A stretch of 64,000 nt of DNA from assembly GCF_009914755.1 (NCBI RefSeq), contig NC_060929.1, one strand, 5' to 3'. The notes beneath the pieces are model-generated. The model had not been told where the DNA came from. It made no database searches and saw only the letters and a program-made list of their open reading frames with translations. The position numbers and the translations under genes were made by a program. Source of the stretch: the human T2T-CHM13v2.0 reference genome, Homo sapiens. Below are positions 16,342 to 33,589 of this stretch, in pieces (position 1 is the stretch's first letter; each line of letters opens with the position of its first letter).

Positions 16342-16485
16342 GTGAAACTATTTTTTGAATCTCTTGAGGCTCAAGGATCACATCTGGATATTTTTCAAAC
16401 TGTTCTGGAAACGATAACCAAAAATATAAAATGGCTGGAGAAGAATCTTCCGACTCTGAGGACTTGGCTAATGGTTAATACTTAA
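16342..16485 (+). CDS. ERAP2: ERAP2 last coding exon (19), [47 protein letters not shown]
   Basis: ttttacag| acceptor; TAA at 16483-16485. The nine exons sum to 1311 nt = 437 codons, which fits a 960-aa protein if exon 11 starts at c.1573. Confidence 0.97.
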   Translation: MKLFFESLEAQGSHLDIFQTVLETITKNIKWLEKNLPTLRTWLMVNT

Positions 16486-16504
16486 ATGGTCAATAGAAAA
16501 AGTA

Positions 16505-16890
<386 letters not shown>

Positions 16891-17351
16891 TCAAGTCAAG
16901 AGCTGTGGATATTTTGTCTAACCAACAAGAAGTCTCAAGAAATCAGGCAGTGCAGCTGCCTGCTCTCAGCTATCGTATCCAGCCAAAAGATGCATGATGA
17001 TGGAGTGGTGGGGGAAGGCCAGTTCAGTATCCTATTTAAAAGTAAACTTCCTGAATAATGGATATATGTGGAGATACAGACATAGATATATAGATACAGC
17101 TGTAATTATTTAGCCTCAAGTGACTTTCTCCATTGCTTCACGCTATGCCACTATTTTGCTTCTTTAATTTTTTTAACCTTGCTTAGTATTCTATAGTTTG
17201 CCCAACCAGTTTTACGTCCAAGGAAAATTAGCCAATGCATAAAATATACAAACTATGAAAGGCAAGGATCAGGAAACCAGAGACTTTGCCACCAAATCTC
17301 AGATTATTAGAAACTAGGTGTCAGGGTTTATCAAGAAGGCCAGGAAGGCCT

Positions 17352-17614
17352 TTTGGGTTAAGCCTTACATTCATGAAGAACCTCAAGGGTAGATTTTTGA
17401 GAGCATTCCAAATGAATGGTCTCTGGTCAAATGAATGAATGGTCAAATGAATAAATCTGCCCTCACAGAGATACAAAAGGAAAAGGAATATAATTCATAC
17501 CATTTGGTTTAAGCCTTACATTCATGAAGTACCTCAAGGGTAGATTTTTGAGATCATTCCAAATGAAGTCGAATCTGCCCTCACAGAGACACAAGAAAGG
17601 AATATAATTCATAC
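17352..17614. repeat. Two-copy tandem duplication in the ERAP2 3' UTR (17352-17500 and 17503-17614)
   Basis: Both copies read ttaagccttacattcatgaag.acctcaagggtagatttttgaga.cattccaaatgaa...aatctgccctcacagaga.acaa...aaggaatataattcatac. Confidence 0.92.
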
Positions 17615-18559
17615 ACTATTGCATTTTTAATAAATCTTTTGAAATTTGCAGAATTAGATTGTATTGTGTATTTTCGGTTAAATGATAATTGAATGTAAAT
17701 ATTTAGATGCAGCACCATATTTTATAACCCAGCTTTAGCATTTCTTCATATTTTAAGGAAACCCCCCACCTCCTTCTTTTAAGGGCGCTTCTTGCTCTCT
17801 GAAATGCCCTGCTAAATGCTTCTCTTAATTATTTGAATAAGGTAGTTTGGAATAAAGAAAGAAAAGATCACTCTACATACAGATAGTAAACTTAATTTGT
17901 GATCCTATATATGAGACAGTATAAAAATACAGATAAGTTTTAGAAAGACTCAAAACAATATGTAAATGACTGATGTTTGCATTATTAAGGAAGACTTGGG
18001 ATGTTGGGTCAAGAGGGGAAAGTGTTAGTCAATCCACTTTGGAGCAATATCATGAAGGTCAATTATAATTCCATATACCTTTCTTTGATGCCACAGTCAG
18101 AGATAGAATACAGTTTGGGTGGCCATGGATGTGCCCCAATACAGTACACATTTTTTGGTTAAATTTGTTTTCAGATCATTTCATGGAATCTTTGAAGTAT
18201 CTTTGACTCTAACTTTGACTTGGTGGTGGACCTTCCTTGGTTTTTATAACACCTAAGAGATATCCTTTAGAATTACATGTATTTTAGCATAAGGAAATTG
18301 AAAAAGTAAAACATACTGGTTTTTTTCAACAAGACCATATGTAAATTAAATAGTGAAATGTGTATGAGTTTCAGTAGAACTGTACCATCAACAATGTTTC
18401 CATAAATATGCAGAGTTCTTTCTTTTGTATTGTTATTTACAATATTGTTAAATTGAATGCATTTGCAATTTCTAGGATTCTAAAGAATTGAGTACAGAAA
18501 GTAGCAATTTTATTATTTGATGATAATATGAGAATTACTGTGCCAATACTGTTTTGATA

Positions 18560-18583
18560 AATAAATAGATTTTTAAAAATAAA
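18560..18583 (+). terminator. Tandem polyadenylation signals AATAAA (18560-18565 and 18578-18583)
   Basis: Two canonical hexamers followed by tgtattgtacttattagtgtagtattt. Confidence 0.7.
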
Positions 18584-18909
18584 TGTATTGTACTTATTAG
18601 TGTAGTATTTCAAAAGCCTTGTGGTAGATGCCAGGCCACCAACACCAACTTCAGACTTGGTTGTGTTACTTTTACTTTCTTTTACCCTGAATGAATCAGA
18701 TGTGAAAAAGTTATATGCAAGATCATGAATATATGATGAGGTGAACAGGTTTGACTTCTCTGGGCCTCCCCCATTCTTCACAAGGCCCATTGAGAATTAT
18801 GTGGTTCCAGCAACTCACTCATAATGAGAAATCTTTCAGATTATGAAAGCCCAGAACCAATGGCTTTGTATGGGGAAGAGTGGACACTTTGACCCTCAAG
18901 AGTCTAACT

Positions 18910-19202
<293 letters not shown>

Positions 19203-20896
19203 GAGTCTAACTGCCATGGTAAGGATTTTCTTGTCCTATATCAGTACATGCTACTGCTCTTCATTCCTTGTTATGACATTGAGCCCATTTGAGGTTCTAG
19301 ATGAGCAGAACTGGCCAGAAACTACTGCAAGGAATCCTGATTTTCTGAGGAAGTTCCAGGGGTTTTTGGTCTTTTAAATTTTTTGTTTTGTGTTTTATCC
19401 CACCCCCAGCCATAGGGCAAGCCTCCAAATAGTCATAGGAACTAGTTTTCCACCTGAACACTAATGTCTACCAAACATAAGCCTGCTCAAAATGGCCACA
19501 TTTTTACTCTGCTACTTTTCCTTCACTTCTATTCTTTATTGACCTTCTTTCATCCATGTAACCACGTATCACTATTTTTAAAATTTCAACATATAGTGGT
19601 TTACAACTTATACATTTACAAACTTTAAACCAATCATGCACTTGGTTGTCTGCTTCCTGGTATCTTAATCTCATCAAAGCCAGGTCTCCAAATCATAAGG
19701 AAGAAAGTCTGAAAAGGATCATGAAAGAAGTGGCTTTACTAGGTCGAAGCATATGTGTATTTCATATAATCTTCTATTTTAATAGTCTGTGCTGGGTAGT
19801 TTCCTTAAAAGGGTGTTAATTCACTTTCTTCTTATTCATACATTCTGTAGCTGTCAGTACCAGATGTTAAACTCTGATCTCTAGTAATATTTAAGTTACC
19901 ACTTCCCCTGATATGTTTCTGGATCCTTTAGTTTTAGATGAGTCTTTTGCAAAGAGACTGTACCTGAATTTTGTTTTTTATTATGCTCCCTAACTTGGGC
20001 AGGCCCTGGGCTTTGTCATCTGTCCCCAGCACTCTCGAAGGCATAAAAACAGAAGCTTCAGATGCTCTCAAGGTGAAAGTTGGCCTCAGCCTTCGGCTTA
20101 CCCCTTGGGATTCCTGCCTTCACTTAGTTTCTGATCCAAGAGTATTCCTTACTAACTTTCCAGGTCATCAATGCATTAAAATAATTTTATTCTACATTTT
20201 TAGTTATTTTTAGCAGGAAGGTCAGTTAAGGTATCTATTCTAGCATATTCCCAGAAACCATAATCATTTATTTTCTTATGTACAAATACCTAAGTCTGCA
20301 TTATACTTAGAAAGCTGGCAGTATAAACAGATCATTTGTTTAGGATTTAAATCAGGAAAATGTTTAGTATTCATAGTGAGAAATCTTTAGAAAGTCTGAG
20401 AAATGCATACTTAACTAACAAACAAGGTAGAAAAACATTTTATTTCTTACTCGTTTCTACAATCTTTCCTTCCCAACCATAAATTCAAGATCTTTTACAA
20501 ATGTATTCTTCTTTCTTCCAGATGTCCTAATCCTCTACTATGCTGACAGAGAAGGTCAGGAAACTGGTTTTCTATTCTCAGTACATGACTCAGTAATTCT
20601 CATCTTGTTATTTACACACATGATTTCCCACACTTCAAAATTCATGCCTTCCTCTGTTGAATTATGTCATATTTCTTTCTTTCAATACTATATTTCAGGC
20701 TCATTCCTCCGTAAGGAATTCCCATAGTAATAGCACCTGGTATGTCCCTTTAGTCATCCAAAGAATACCACAGTTAAAATTATAAACTTCATTTTGAGTT
20801 GGCCAGAATAAATTGTCTGTGAAAATACTGAAAACATACAAAGGACATTTTTTTCTCAGTTTTAAAACTGTATTCCGCTTTAAAAACTGTTTTCTA

Positions 20897-21219
<323 letters not shown>

Positions 21220-21839
21220 TTAAGTTGCAAATTCTATCTCGTCTCTAATATATTGAGTTGGAGTTGGGAAAAGGATAGAAAGAACACTCTTTTAAAACTC
21301 AAAAATGGAAAAAGGCCAGGATGAGGCTTGGGGCACATAAGACTGCTGGCATATAATTTTATTTTCTTTCTATTCATATCTTCAGATGTAGAGCCAAAGA
21401 CTAAAAGCAGGAGTCGTAGAAGGACAAACAGGGCTTTCTAGCTGGCTGGGGGCAAACAGGTAGAGAGACTTGAGCTAATAGGAATCAAAAGAAAGATCTG
21501 GTTTGAAACAATTGTGCACAATCTATGTGAACCAGACAGAGCTCGCAGTTGTCAGACCCTCTGTCCGGGTGAGTTAACTTCACTCACACTCAGAGACTAA
21601 ATTAGAGTTACTCAAGCAACAATGAATAAGTTGTTAGTGAAAGAGGCTGGATAGCATTTAAAGATTTGTATTTATTTATTCTTGTTCTAAGTTGTGCGTT
21701 ATCTGTAGATAAAAGTTATGCAACTACTAATCAAAGCGCATAACTTATATCTTACAGAGAAGCCATTATTAGGTAGGACGAGCATATTATTCTTCTAGTT
21801 TCAAACAACTGTGCCTCTGCGAGGCCTCACTATTTGGAT

Positions 21840-22147
21840 GTTTTTTGTTTTTTGTTTTTTGTTTTTTGTTTTTTTTGAGACAAGGTCTTGCTCTGTTGAC
21901 CAAGCTGGAGTGTCACGATCGTAGCTCACTGTAACTTTCAGTTTCTGGGTTCAGGTGATCCTCCTGCTTCAGCTTCCCACGTAGTTGTGACTGAAGATGT
22001 GCACCACAATGGCTGTCTAATTTTTATTTTTTAATTTTTGTAGAGATGGGGGTCTCACTATGTTTTCCACACTGGTCTCAAGCTCCCGTCCTGCCGCCTT
22101 GGGCTCACAAAGGGCTAGAATTACAGGTGTGAGCCACCACGCCAGGT
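21840..22147 (-). mobile_element. AluJ
   Basis: Diverged antisense dimer with (GTTTTTT)n tail. Confidence 0.85.
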
Positions 22148-22292
22148 CCTGGCTGTTTGGATTTTAAGACCAAGGGAAACATACTATTTGTTGACCCCTC
22201 GGTCTCACTGAGGACCTGGAAAGAAATAACAGCAACAGTGCTGGCCTTGCAAATCCAAACCTAAAACGTGCTGTCTAAAAAAAGAAACTTCA

Positions 22293-22605
<313 letters not shown>

Positions 22606-23478
22606 TCATACACGTCAAAATATCCAGTTGCCTTTTCTTTTATAATTTCACCATTATAGATTTATTCCTTTGGACTAATAAAAAGTTAAAATATTACATT
22701 GTAACTCACTAGTCATGCTTTAGTGTGACATCTTAAAAAATTAATATTTCTTTATAGCTAGCTAAGCAAAGGGCCCTGAGGAGAGAAAGAGGACCCTGAA
22801 GTTGGGAGACGGGCTTGGGGAGTGAGTTGTGGAAAGTGGCCAATAGCTTAGAAAGTACTGGTTGGGTAGGAGGAAATTAAGGGCAGTATCTGTCACTTAC
22901 TCAAGGATGTTACACAGATGTCATTTGATAAATATTTGTCGGCTGTAAAGCAGCACCTGGAAGTGAGGAAGAAATGGAAAATTTGCCTCAGGCTGATCCT
23001 GCTAGTACACGATGGTATATGTCTGTGTCATGTTTCATGTATTATGTATGTATCCTGTGTGCTTGTCCTGATTGGCCCAATAGATTGTATGTGCCATAAA
23101 AGTGAAGCGTTAGCTCCTGTTTTGTTTTGAGGTCTCTTTGAGGCCCTGCACACCAGGGGCCCTCCATAAATGGTGCTGACTGACTGACAGCCTGTGCTGG
23201 CAACCATCAGCCAAAGGGAGGAAAAAAGCACCTGAATCAGCTGAGAGTCAGCCAAGAATCATAGTCAAATGTAATTTTCAGCACAAATATTATAGGACCT
23301 TCTCAAGCTAAAAAACAAACAAAAAGCTCAAGGACACATTTTATGGGAGTGAACCTTGGGCAAGCTTTATTTTAGCATAGCTGTAAGAAACAAACAAAAA
23401 GGAAAACTAAATCAGAATATTCAAGAGTATAAACATCTCTCTAGAAAGAGCAAGTCAATAACAATTCGGGCTAACAGA

Positions 23479-23892
<414 letters not shown>

Positions 23893-24084
23893 TAGGCCCC
23901 ATCCAACCTAGGGCTTAGATGCCAACTCAACACCGAAAACTTGGTTTGCCAGCACATCATTATTTTAAATGATCAGATTGGAATATGTTACCGTTATAGA
24001 AATTGGTTTGCTATTACAAGTCTAAACTTCTTTGCAAGTGATCTACATGGTATTTAAATTTTATAATTCACATACAATAGTAAC

Positions 24085-24560
24085 AGCAAATACATCTTTA
24101 GTGCTTACTTTGTGCCAGTCTCTGTTCTAAGTATAATTATGTGAATTTGTCTCATCCTTACACTAACTCTGTGAGGGTACTTGTCCTCATTTTACAAAGG
24201 AGAAAGTGAAGCTCAGGGAACTTGCCCCAGGCACAGAGGTAGGAAGTGGCAGAGGCAGAATTTGAACCCTTAAGAGTCTACCTCCAGGGCCCAGGCTCTC
24301 ACCTCAGTCCTGGGCTGCCCTTCATTTACCCTGTAGTAAATGTAGTGCAGTTTCTACTAAACACACTGCTCCTTATTTACCCTAGAATTCCTTCAGTGCA
24401 GGATTATCTGAGGACCACCTGTGTCACAATCACTTGATAAAGATGCAGATTTTAGGCAATATCTCAGACCAACTGAATTGAAATTTCGGGGAACAATGCC
24501 CAGAAATCTGTTTTGTTAACAAGCTCCTTCAAGAAATTTAACAGTCACCACAGTTTGGAC
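24085..24560. mobile_element. MIR relic (about 24085-24300) followed by a MER5-like hAT relic (about 24390-24560)
   Basis: MIR core cattttacaaaggagaaagtgaagctcaggg; MER5-like gatgcagatt...cagaccaactgaattgaaatt...cccagaaatctgttttgttaacaagctcc. Confidence 0.6.
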
Positions 24561-24755
24561 TTCCAGAGTGAAGATTTCTTTCTAAGCATTTCTAGTAGGC
24601 TTAGGGTTCCATTTGGGAAAAAATGGAAATGATATATCTATACCTGTAGAATTTTCTATAGCATTTCTGTTTCTAAATAGGTTAGTGTTTAATTGAATGA
24701 AATCTGTACCTTTTTAAATAGTAGCAACCAGATGGGGGAAAACAAACTTGCTTGA

Positions 24756-25089
<334 letters not shown>

Positions 25090-25179
25090 ATTACTGTTTC
25101 ATTTTAATCAAGCATTGTTATTATGGTTTCTAAAAAGTATAACCTCAAGTCTTTCATATATATCAGTTTATCAGTTTTA

Positions 25180-27110
<1,931 letters not shown>

Positions 27111-27149
27111 TGATACTTATCTTCAACCTTATTTCCATTACAATGAAGT

Positions 27150-28253
27150 TGTTATGAGTTGAATAGTGTCCTCCAAAATTTATCTGTTAAATTTATAATC
27201 CCCCATATTTCAGAATGTGACCTTATTTGAAATAGGGTTGTTGCAGATGTATTAGTTAAGATAAGGTCATACTGGAGTAGGGTGGGCTTCCAATTCAATA
27301 TGACTAGTGTCCTTATTAAAAGAGGAAGTTTGGACACAGGTATGCACACAGGAAGAATGTCATGTGAACACTGGAGTTACTTGCCACAAGCCTAGGGACT
27401 ATTAGAACCTAGGAGATAGGCCTAGAACAGATCCTTCCCTAGTGCCTTTAGGGGGAGTATGGTCCTACCAACACCTTGATATTGGACTTCTATCTTCCAG
27501 AACTATGAGATAATGAATTTCTGTTGTTTAAGTCATTCAGAATGCACTAGGTTTTACAGTAGCCCTAGTGTTAGAATAGGTAGCCAGGCAGACATGAGCA
27601 TGACAGCAGAGCTCCCCATCCATGTCTACTATTTTAGAGAGGCAATTGTTATACTGTCTCTCTAAAATAGTAACTGGTTGCAGCCAGCGTCAGGGAAAGG
27701 CAATCTCGCAATAGATAGAAAACAACAGAAGCTGGTGATCAGCAGCTTCTCAGTAAGATCTCATGAGATGGGTAAGAGGGCTCAAGCATGTGCACTAAGA
27801 GGCAAAATGGCATACAACAAGTATATGGCCTTCCTCTAGGATTGCTCAACTGGTAAGGCGAAAACACCTCAAGTGAACATGTGTACAACTTCAGTAAGGT
27901 GATCGCTCCCTAGTGCTGGCAGGTCACAGCACATGCAGACAGCCCACCACAAGGGATAAAGCAAGGGAGGAGACACAGAAATCCTGGCACCATGCCAATG
28001 TGTAAAACCCCCAAGTCAAGGGCCAAACAGTGCACTTGGATCTCTCAGGTACACTTGGCCCTCTTGCAAGTGTACTTTACTTCCTTTCATTCCTGCTCTA
28101 TAACTTTTTGATAAACTTTCACTCCTGCTCTAAAAGTTGCCTCAGTCTCTCTGCCTTATGCCCCTCAGCAGAATTCTTTCCTCCAAGAAGGCAAAAATAG
28201 AGTTTCTGCAGACCCGACGGATTTGCCATTGCTAACACTAGTAAACTAATACA
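27150..28253 (+). mobile_element. MaLR LTR (MLT1B-like), split just before its 3' end by a younger LTR
   Basis: tgttatgagttgaatagtgtcctccaaaa...gaatgtgaccttatttgaaataggg...agccctag [insert] taaactaataca. Confidence 0.8.
27569..28237 (+). mobile_element. ERV1 solo LTR, MER50-like
   Basis: TG...CA termini (tgttagaataggtag...ttgctaaca) with 4-bp TSD ctag at 27565-27568 and 28238-28241. Family assigned from recalled consensus. Confidence 0.8.
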
Positions 28254-28278
28254 CATGCCCAAAATAAGTTAGATCTAC

Positions 28279-28628
28279 TTTTCTTTCTCCTTCCTTCCTT
28301 CTTTCCTTCCTTCCCTCCCTCCCTCTTTTCTTTTCCTTCCTTCCTTCCTTTTTTTTCTTCCTTCCTTCCTTTCTTTCTTCTTGAGACGGGGCTTCACTCT
28401 GTCACCCAGGCTGGAGTGTAGTGCACCCCGGCGGGAGTGTAGTGGCATGATCTTGGCTCACTGCAACCTCTGCCTCCTCAGTTAAATGATTCTCTTGCCT
28501 CACCCTCCTAAGTAGCTGGGACTACAGGCATGCTTGGCATATGTTCTCAGGATCTCCTGGTCCTCTGTAATGGGTGATGGCCATTCATATTTAGCTCAGA
28601 ATAAATCTCTTCAAATATTTTACAGAGT
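28279..28628. mobile_element. (TTCC)n tail plus truncated antisense Alu (to about 28535) fused to the 3' end of a MER4-type LTR (+)
   Basis: The Alu breaks at ctacaggcatgc, then atgttctcaggatctcc...cagaataaatctcttcaaatattttacagagtttgactcttttcatttaca. Confidence 0.75.
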
Positions 28629-28841
28629 TTGACTCTTTTCATTTACAATAATATACCACTTCTTGGTTTGTAATCCTAATTATATTAATCAATTATATAA
28701 AAAATTACATTGTATTTAATGGCTCCATCTTTACTTTCCTATATAAGTGCCTTAGGGCACTTATTTATTAAAATATATCAGTGTTTATAACCTTTAGTGG
28801 ACATTTAGGTTGCCTGCCTAACATTTTGGTTGCTTAACTCC

Positions 28842-29514
28842 TGTAAACTAAAAATAAAATTCTAAGCCTCCCAAGTGACTGAACAGACCATGTCTTGGCC
28901 AAGGGGACCCCAGGGTAACCTTGAAAACTAAATTCTCATTCATGACAGGATGCCAGGGTCAAACAAGCCTTATTATACCCCTTCCTCAATATTCAGGATT
29001 AGCCTTTCTTCCCTAAGGGCTAAACGGAAACCAGCCCTTTTGAAAGATTCCACCCCTAATATCAACCAACCACCTGATATTGCCTCTAGTTTTTTGCCTG
29101 ATAAGAGATCACCACATGGAGTGGTTCTGGCCCATCTCCAGAGAATGCACAGTAAGAGTTTTCATGTCCTCTGCTTCACCTTTTGATGTCAGAGGACTGA
29201 AAACTCCACCCTCGGATCATGTTAACACTGCCATTTTTTGTATATGGGACCCATGAAGGGGCATGAAGCTCCATTGCGCATGCACACATTTATCCTTTGA
29301 TAAATATTCATGACTCCTCCTATAGCTTATTGAATACATATATTTGGCCACCCTGCTCAGCATAAATTCCTGTTCTCTTTGCCCCTCCCTCAGAGTGTCT
29401 GTTTCTGGCTTCTGGCTGTGGGGTCAGCCTGTCAGCATGGCCACCCTACAGGCTGCAACCCTTTATGAGAAATAACTTTCCAAATTTGTGAACCTCATCA
29501 TTCCTCAGTTGACA
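28842..29514 (+). mobile_element. ERV1 solo LTR, MER39-like
   Basis: tgtaaactaaaaataaaattctaagcc...cctcagttgaca with 4-bp TSD ctcc on both sides. Confidence 0.82.
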
Positions 29515-29689
29515 CTCCCCTTTTCCTTTCTGAATGGAAAATGGTTTTGTTCAAATACCCCTCTCCTCCCATACGAAACAAGGAAGGTGATCTTAAACTC
29601 AGCAGATTTAGGCTGTACTTTGTCTAAGAAACTAGTCATAGTGTTACTGACCACTGGTTCTTGGGCTGTCAATGCAATAGAGATTGATG

Positions 29690-30486
<797 letters not shown>

Positions 30487-32091
30487 ATTATAACCTCATT
30501 TTCATTTCCAGTGATTGGTCTACAAATGTACAAAATATAGTTTTGGTAAATGAGACCTAAGGAGAATTCTAATGGGGAATTTCTGAGAAGGGTTTCCCCT
30601 GCTCTCAAGAAAGAGACACGGAAGAGTAAGTTCCTTCTTCCTCCCCTGCTGCAGCCAACTTTTGACCATATGGTAGTCTGGGCTTTGGGGAATTGCTCAT
30701 ATAGAGGACTGAAGAGTGGAGAGAGAGAAGTTGGGCTCTTGATGAGGCTGGTGAGCTGTGATTGAAGATTATCTTATCAGTGGACTTGTTATATGAAATG
30801 ATAAATGTCTGTATCATTTAAACTAGTTTTACTCAGAGTTTTGTCTTTTGTAGCCCAAGGAATCTGAACTAGTATATCACTGTTCTTTCCAAATAATAAC
30901 CTTTCACTTTATTTGGCTGCGTTTTTTTGCTAATGCCTAAGCTCTACTTGAACTTTATTAGATAATTATTCTGCTTTCTTCTGTGCTCTAAACATTTCTT
31001 GATTTGATACAACTTCAAACATTACTAATTAATGCAGTGTATGTATGCTACAAATGGGTTACAAAGGCAATGAGATATTGACTCCTTCGGTCCTTAGGGT
31101 GGCCGGAAACCTCATGATGGTCAGCCTTGCCCTGGCGGGAAGCAGCTTCCTCCATTTATTCGAGTGCTGAACAAATAACATTTTCAAATGTGTTCAATGA
31201 ATTAATGTATTGTTGCTTATTTCAAAATAATTAGAAAGATCACTTAGCAGGGCTGAATCCAAATTCCCTATGGAATATCAACTAATTAAGTTGGAATCTT
31301 AATTAAATGATTAATGGAATAGACTTCTAATAGATGAAATTAGCTATATTTCTCTCTATTCCATATTCTTTTCGTGGATTTTTGTCATTGACCCCAATTT
31401 GCTTGTGGAAACTGGGAGACAACAGAAAACTCTGAAGCACTGGTTTAGAACACAGATGGCCTGAGTTCCAGTCCATGTCTGCTCGTGGATTGTGCGTAAA
31501 TATTCTACCCTCTCTAGACAGTAGTTCCCTCCTTATCTGTTTCAATGTGAGGCTTGGATTTGCTGATCTATGGAATACCAAGTGTTTTATTTTGATAAAA
31601 ATATCCCTATATTCATTGATTATCAAGTTTGTCAGTTCTTTAAACAAATGCAATTTGTTTTTCAGGGTGCTTATATTTTTTTCCTGTCATGCTATTTATT
31701 ATGTATTATAATTAACTCTCCAAATTAATGGTTTTCAAGTGTTAAATGGTAGAGAGCAATGATTCCGAAGACAGTAGATGGGTATAGTAGATAATGTCAC
31801 ATTATCTCCTTTGATAATGAATCGTAACTTCATAATAACTTAAACTGTCATATTCTTAAACTAAAGAGGAAGTTCTGTGTGGGAGGATAGGCGGGTGTTA
31901 AAGATAAAAACATAATGGGTTTTGGTTGTGAAATTGTGATATCATATTCCCTCAAAAAGGCTCTATGAAGTCAAATGTAAAACAGTATCCGTTGAAACAA
32001 AACAAACTTCATTATTATTCTTTTGCTCCTAGGTAGGCTTCTGAAACATTTCGTTTGTTTACTATTTTTACTTCTTATACAAAACCACGTC

Positions 32092-32300
32092 TTTTTTTTT
32101 TTTTTTTTTTTTTTTGAGATGGAGTCTTGCTCTGTCGCCCAGGCTGGAGTGCAGTGGTGTGATCTTGGTTCATCACAACCTCCGCCTCCCGGGTTCAAGT
32201 GATTCTCATGCCTCAGCTTCTCATGCCTCACCCTCCGGAATAGCTGGGATTACAGGTGTGTGCCACCACTCCCGGCTAATTTTATTTTTTGTATTTTTAC
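32092..32300 (-). mobile_element. Alu right monomer only
   Basis: Antisense; stops after the A-rich linker. Confidence 0.85.
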
Positions 32301-32954
32301 ATGTCTTTAAATGGTCCTTCATGTCTTTGTGTGTGTGAAGGAATGGGAGGGGTGGGAGGCAAGAGGTTGGCAAAGAAATCATTTGTCTCTTTGTCAAAGA
32401 AATCTCAAAAAGACATAATGATCCACCTATATTCGCTAGTGCATTTTTTTTTATCACGTCTCTGCAGAGTTGGGATATGTAAAACAAAACACAAGGTAAC
32501 ATGTTTCACACTTAAAAGCATGATAGACTGTAGGTTACAGGTGAAGTGAGGTGAGGTGATTTAACAAGCTGCAGTGTTTTAAATATCTCCTATACTAAGT
32601 GGTTTGGTTGCAAAAGGAACTTCAAGGGAACATGACATGACCTAAAATATAGAGAAGAGCGTCTTATTTAAGCAATACAATGTGTGAAGTATGTTAACAA
32701 AATCTAGCTCTGCGTGTACTATATAATATCTGAACTGGGATACATCAGCTCCTGTGGTTCACTATTTTTGGTTCTAAAATGTCAGTACTAGGGGCCAGCC
32801 TAACGGTTCTGATTACCTTTCACACATTAGGGAGATAGCAGCTCTGAGGTATCATATGATACAGACACCTTCTCTGTACTGATCAAACACATCATTCAGT
32901 ATGGAGTCATTAACTGGAAGGGTTTGCAGCAGTGGAAGTGAACTCTAAACACCA

Positions 32955-33475
32955 CTATGTCCTTCACTTATTCATGCAAAAATTATTTATTGTATACTTA
33001 CCCAGGCATTGGGGATACAGCCTTAAAAAAGATTACGACTCTGCCCTCACAAAGCTTGCATTCTTGAGAAGGGAGACTGATAATAAGCAACAAATCCAAA
33101 ACATTGTTTCAGACAGTGATGAGTGCTGAGAAGGAAATAAAGCAAGGCCAAGTCTTTATAGAGTGTTTGTGGCTATTTTAGATGTATGGTCAGACAAGGG
33201 TTCTTTGCAGAGGTGACATTTGAGCCGAGACTTAAATGACAAGATGGAATCAGTAGGCAAAGCACTAAGCAGAAGAAACAGTTCTTGTGCGAGGAGCGAG
33301 CAAAAGGAATTATTAACAATGATGGATGGAACTTGGCGACTTCCGGGAACAGCATGAAGGCCTTTGTTACCAAAATATGGTGAGTATGTGCTGATGAGGT
33401 CCCAGAGTTAGGCAAGGAGTTTCATTTTTTATTCTAAGTGCAGTTGGTATCCACTGGAAGTTTCAAGTAGAGCGT
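32955..33475 (-). mobile_element. L2 LINE 3' relic
   Basis: ttcacttattcatgcaaaaattatttattg...ctgccctcacaaagcttgcattct...gaggtgacatttgagccgagacttaaatga. Confidence 0.75.
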
Positions 33476-33589
33476 GCGTTGTGAGGGATGTAATAACAAC
33501 AGGCAGTTTAAAATACAATATTGTACTTCGATTTGACTTCTTCGAAACCTAGTTTCCAATTCCAGTGCTGGTCAAACAACACCCTGGCC

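Noticed and set aside
17352-17614. Repeat-spacer-like appearance (CRISPR-like)
   Set aside because: Only two long degenerate units, no unique spacers, no cas genes, and the context is human.
28743-28764. 9-bp hairpin ATAAGTGCC-ttag-GGCACTTAT
   Set aside because: Short and isolated; a few such stems are expected by chance in 64 kb.
30899-30913. IRF/PRDM1-like AAAGTGAAAG on the minus strand
   Set aside because: A single short motif in AT-rich DNA cannot be supported without ChIP data.
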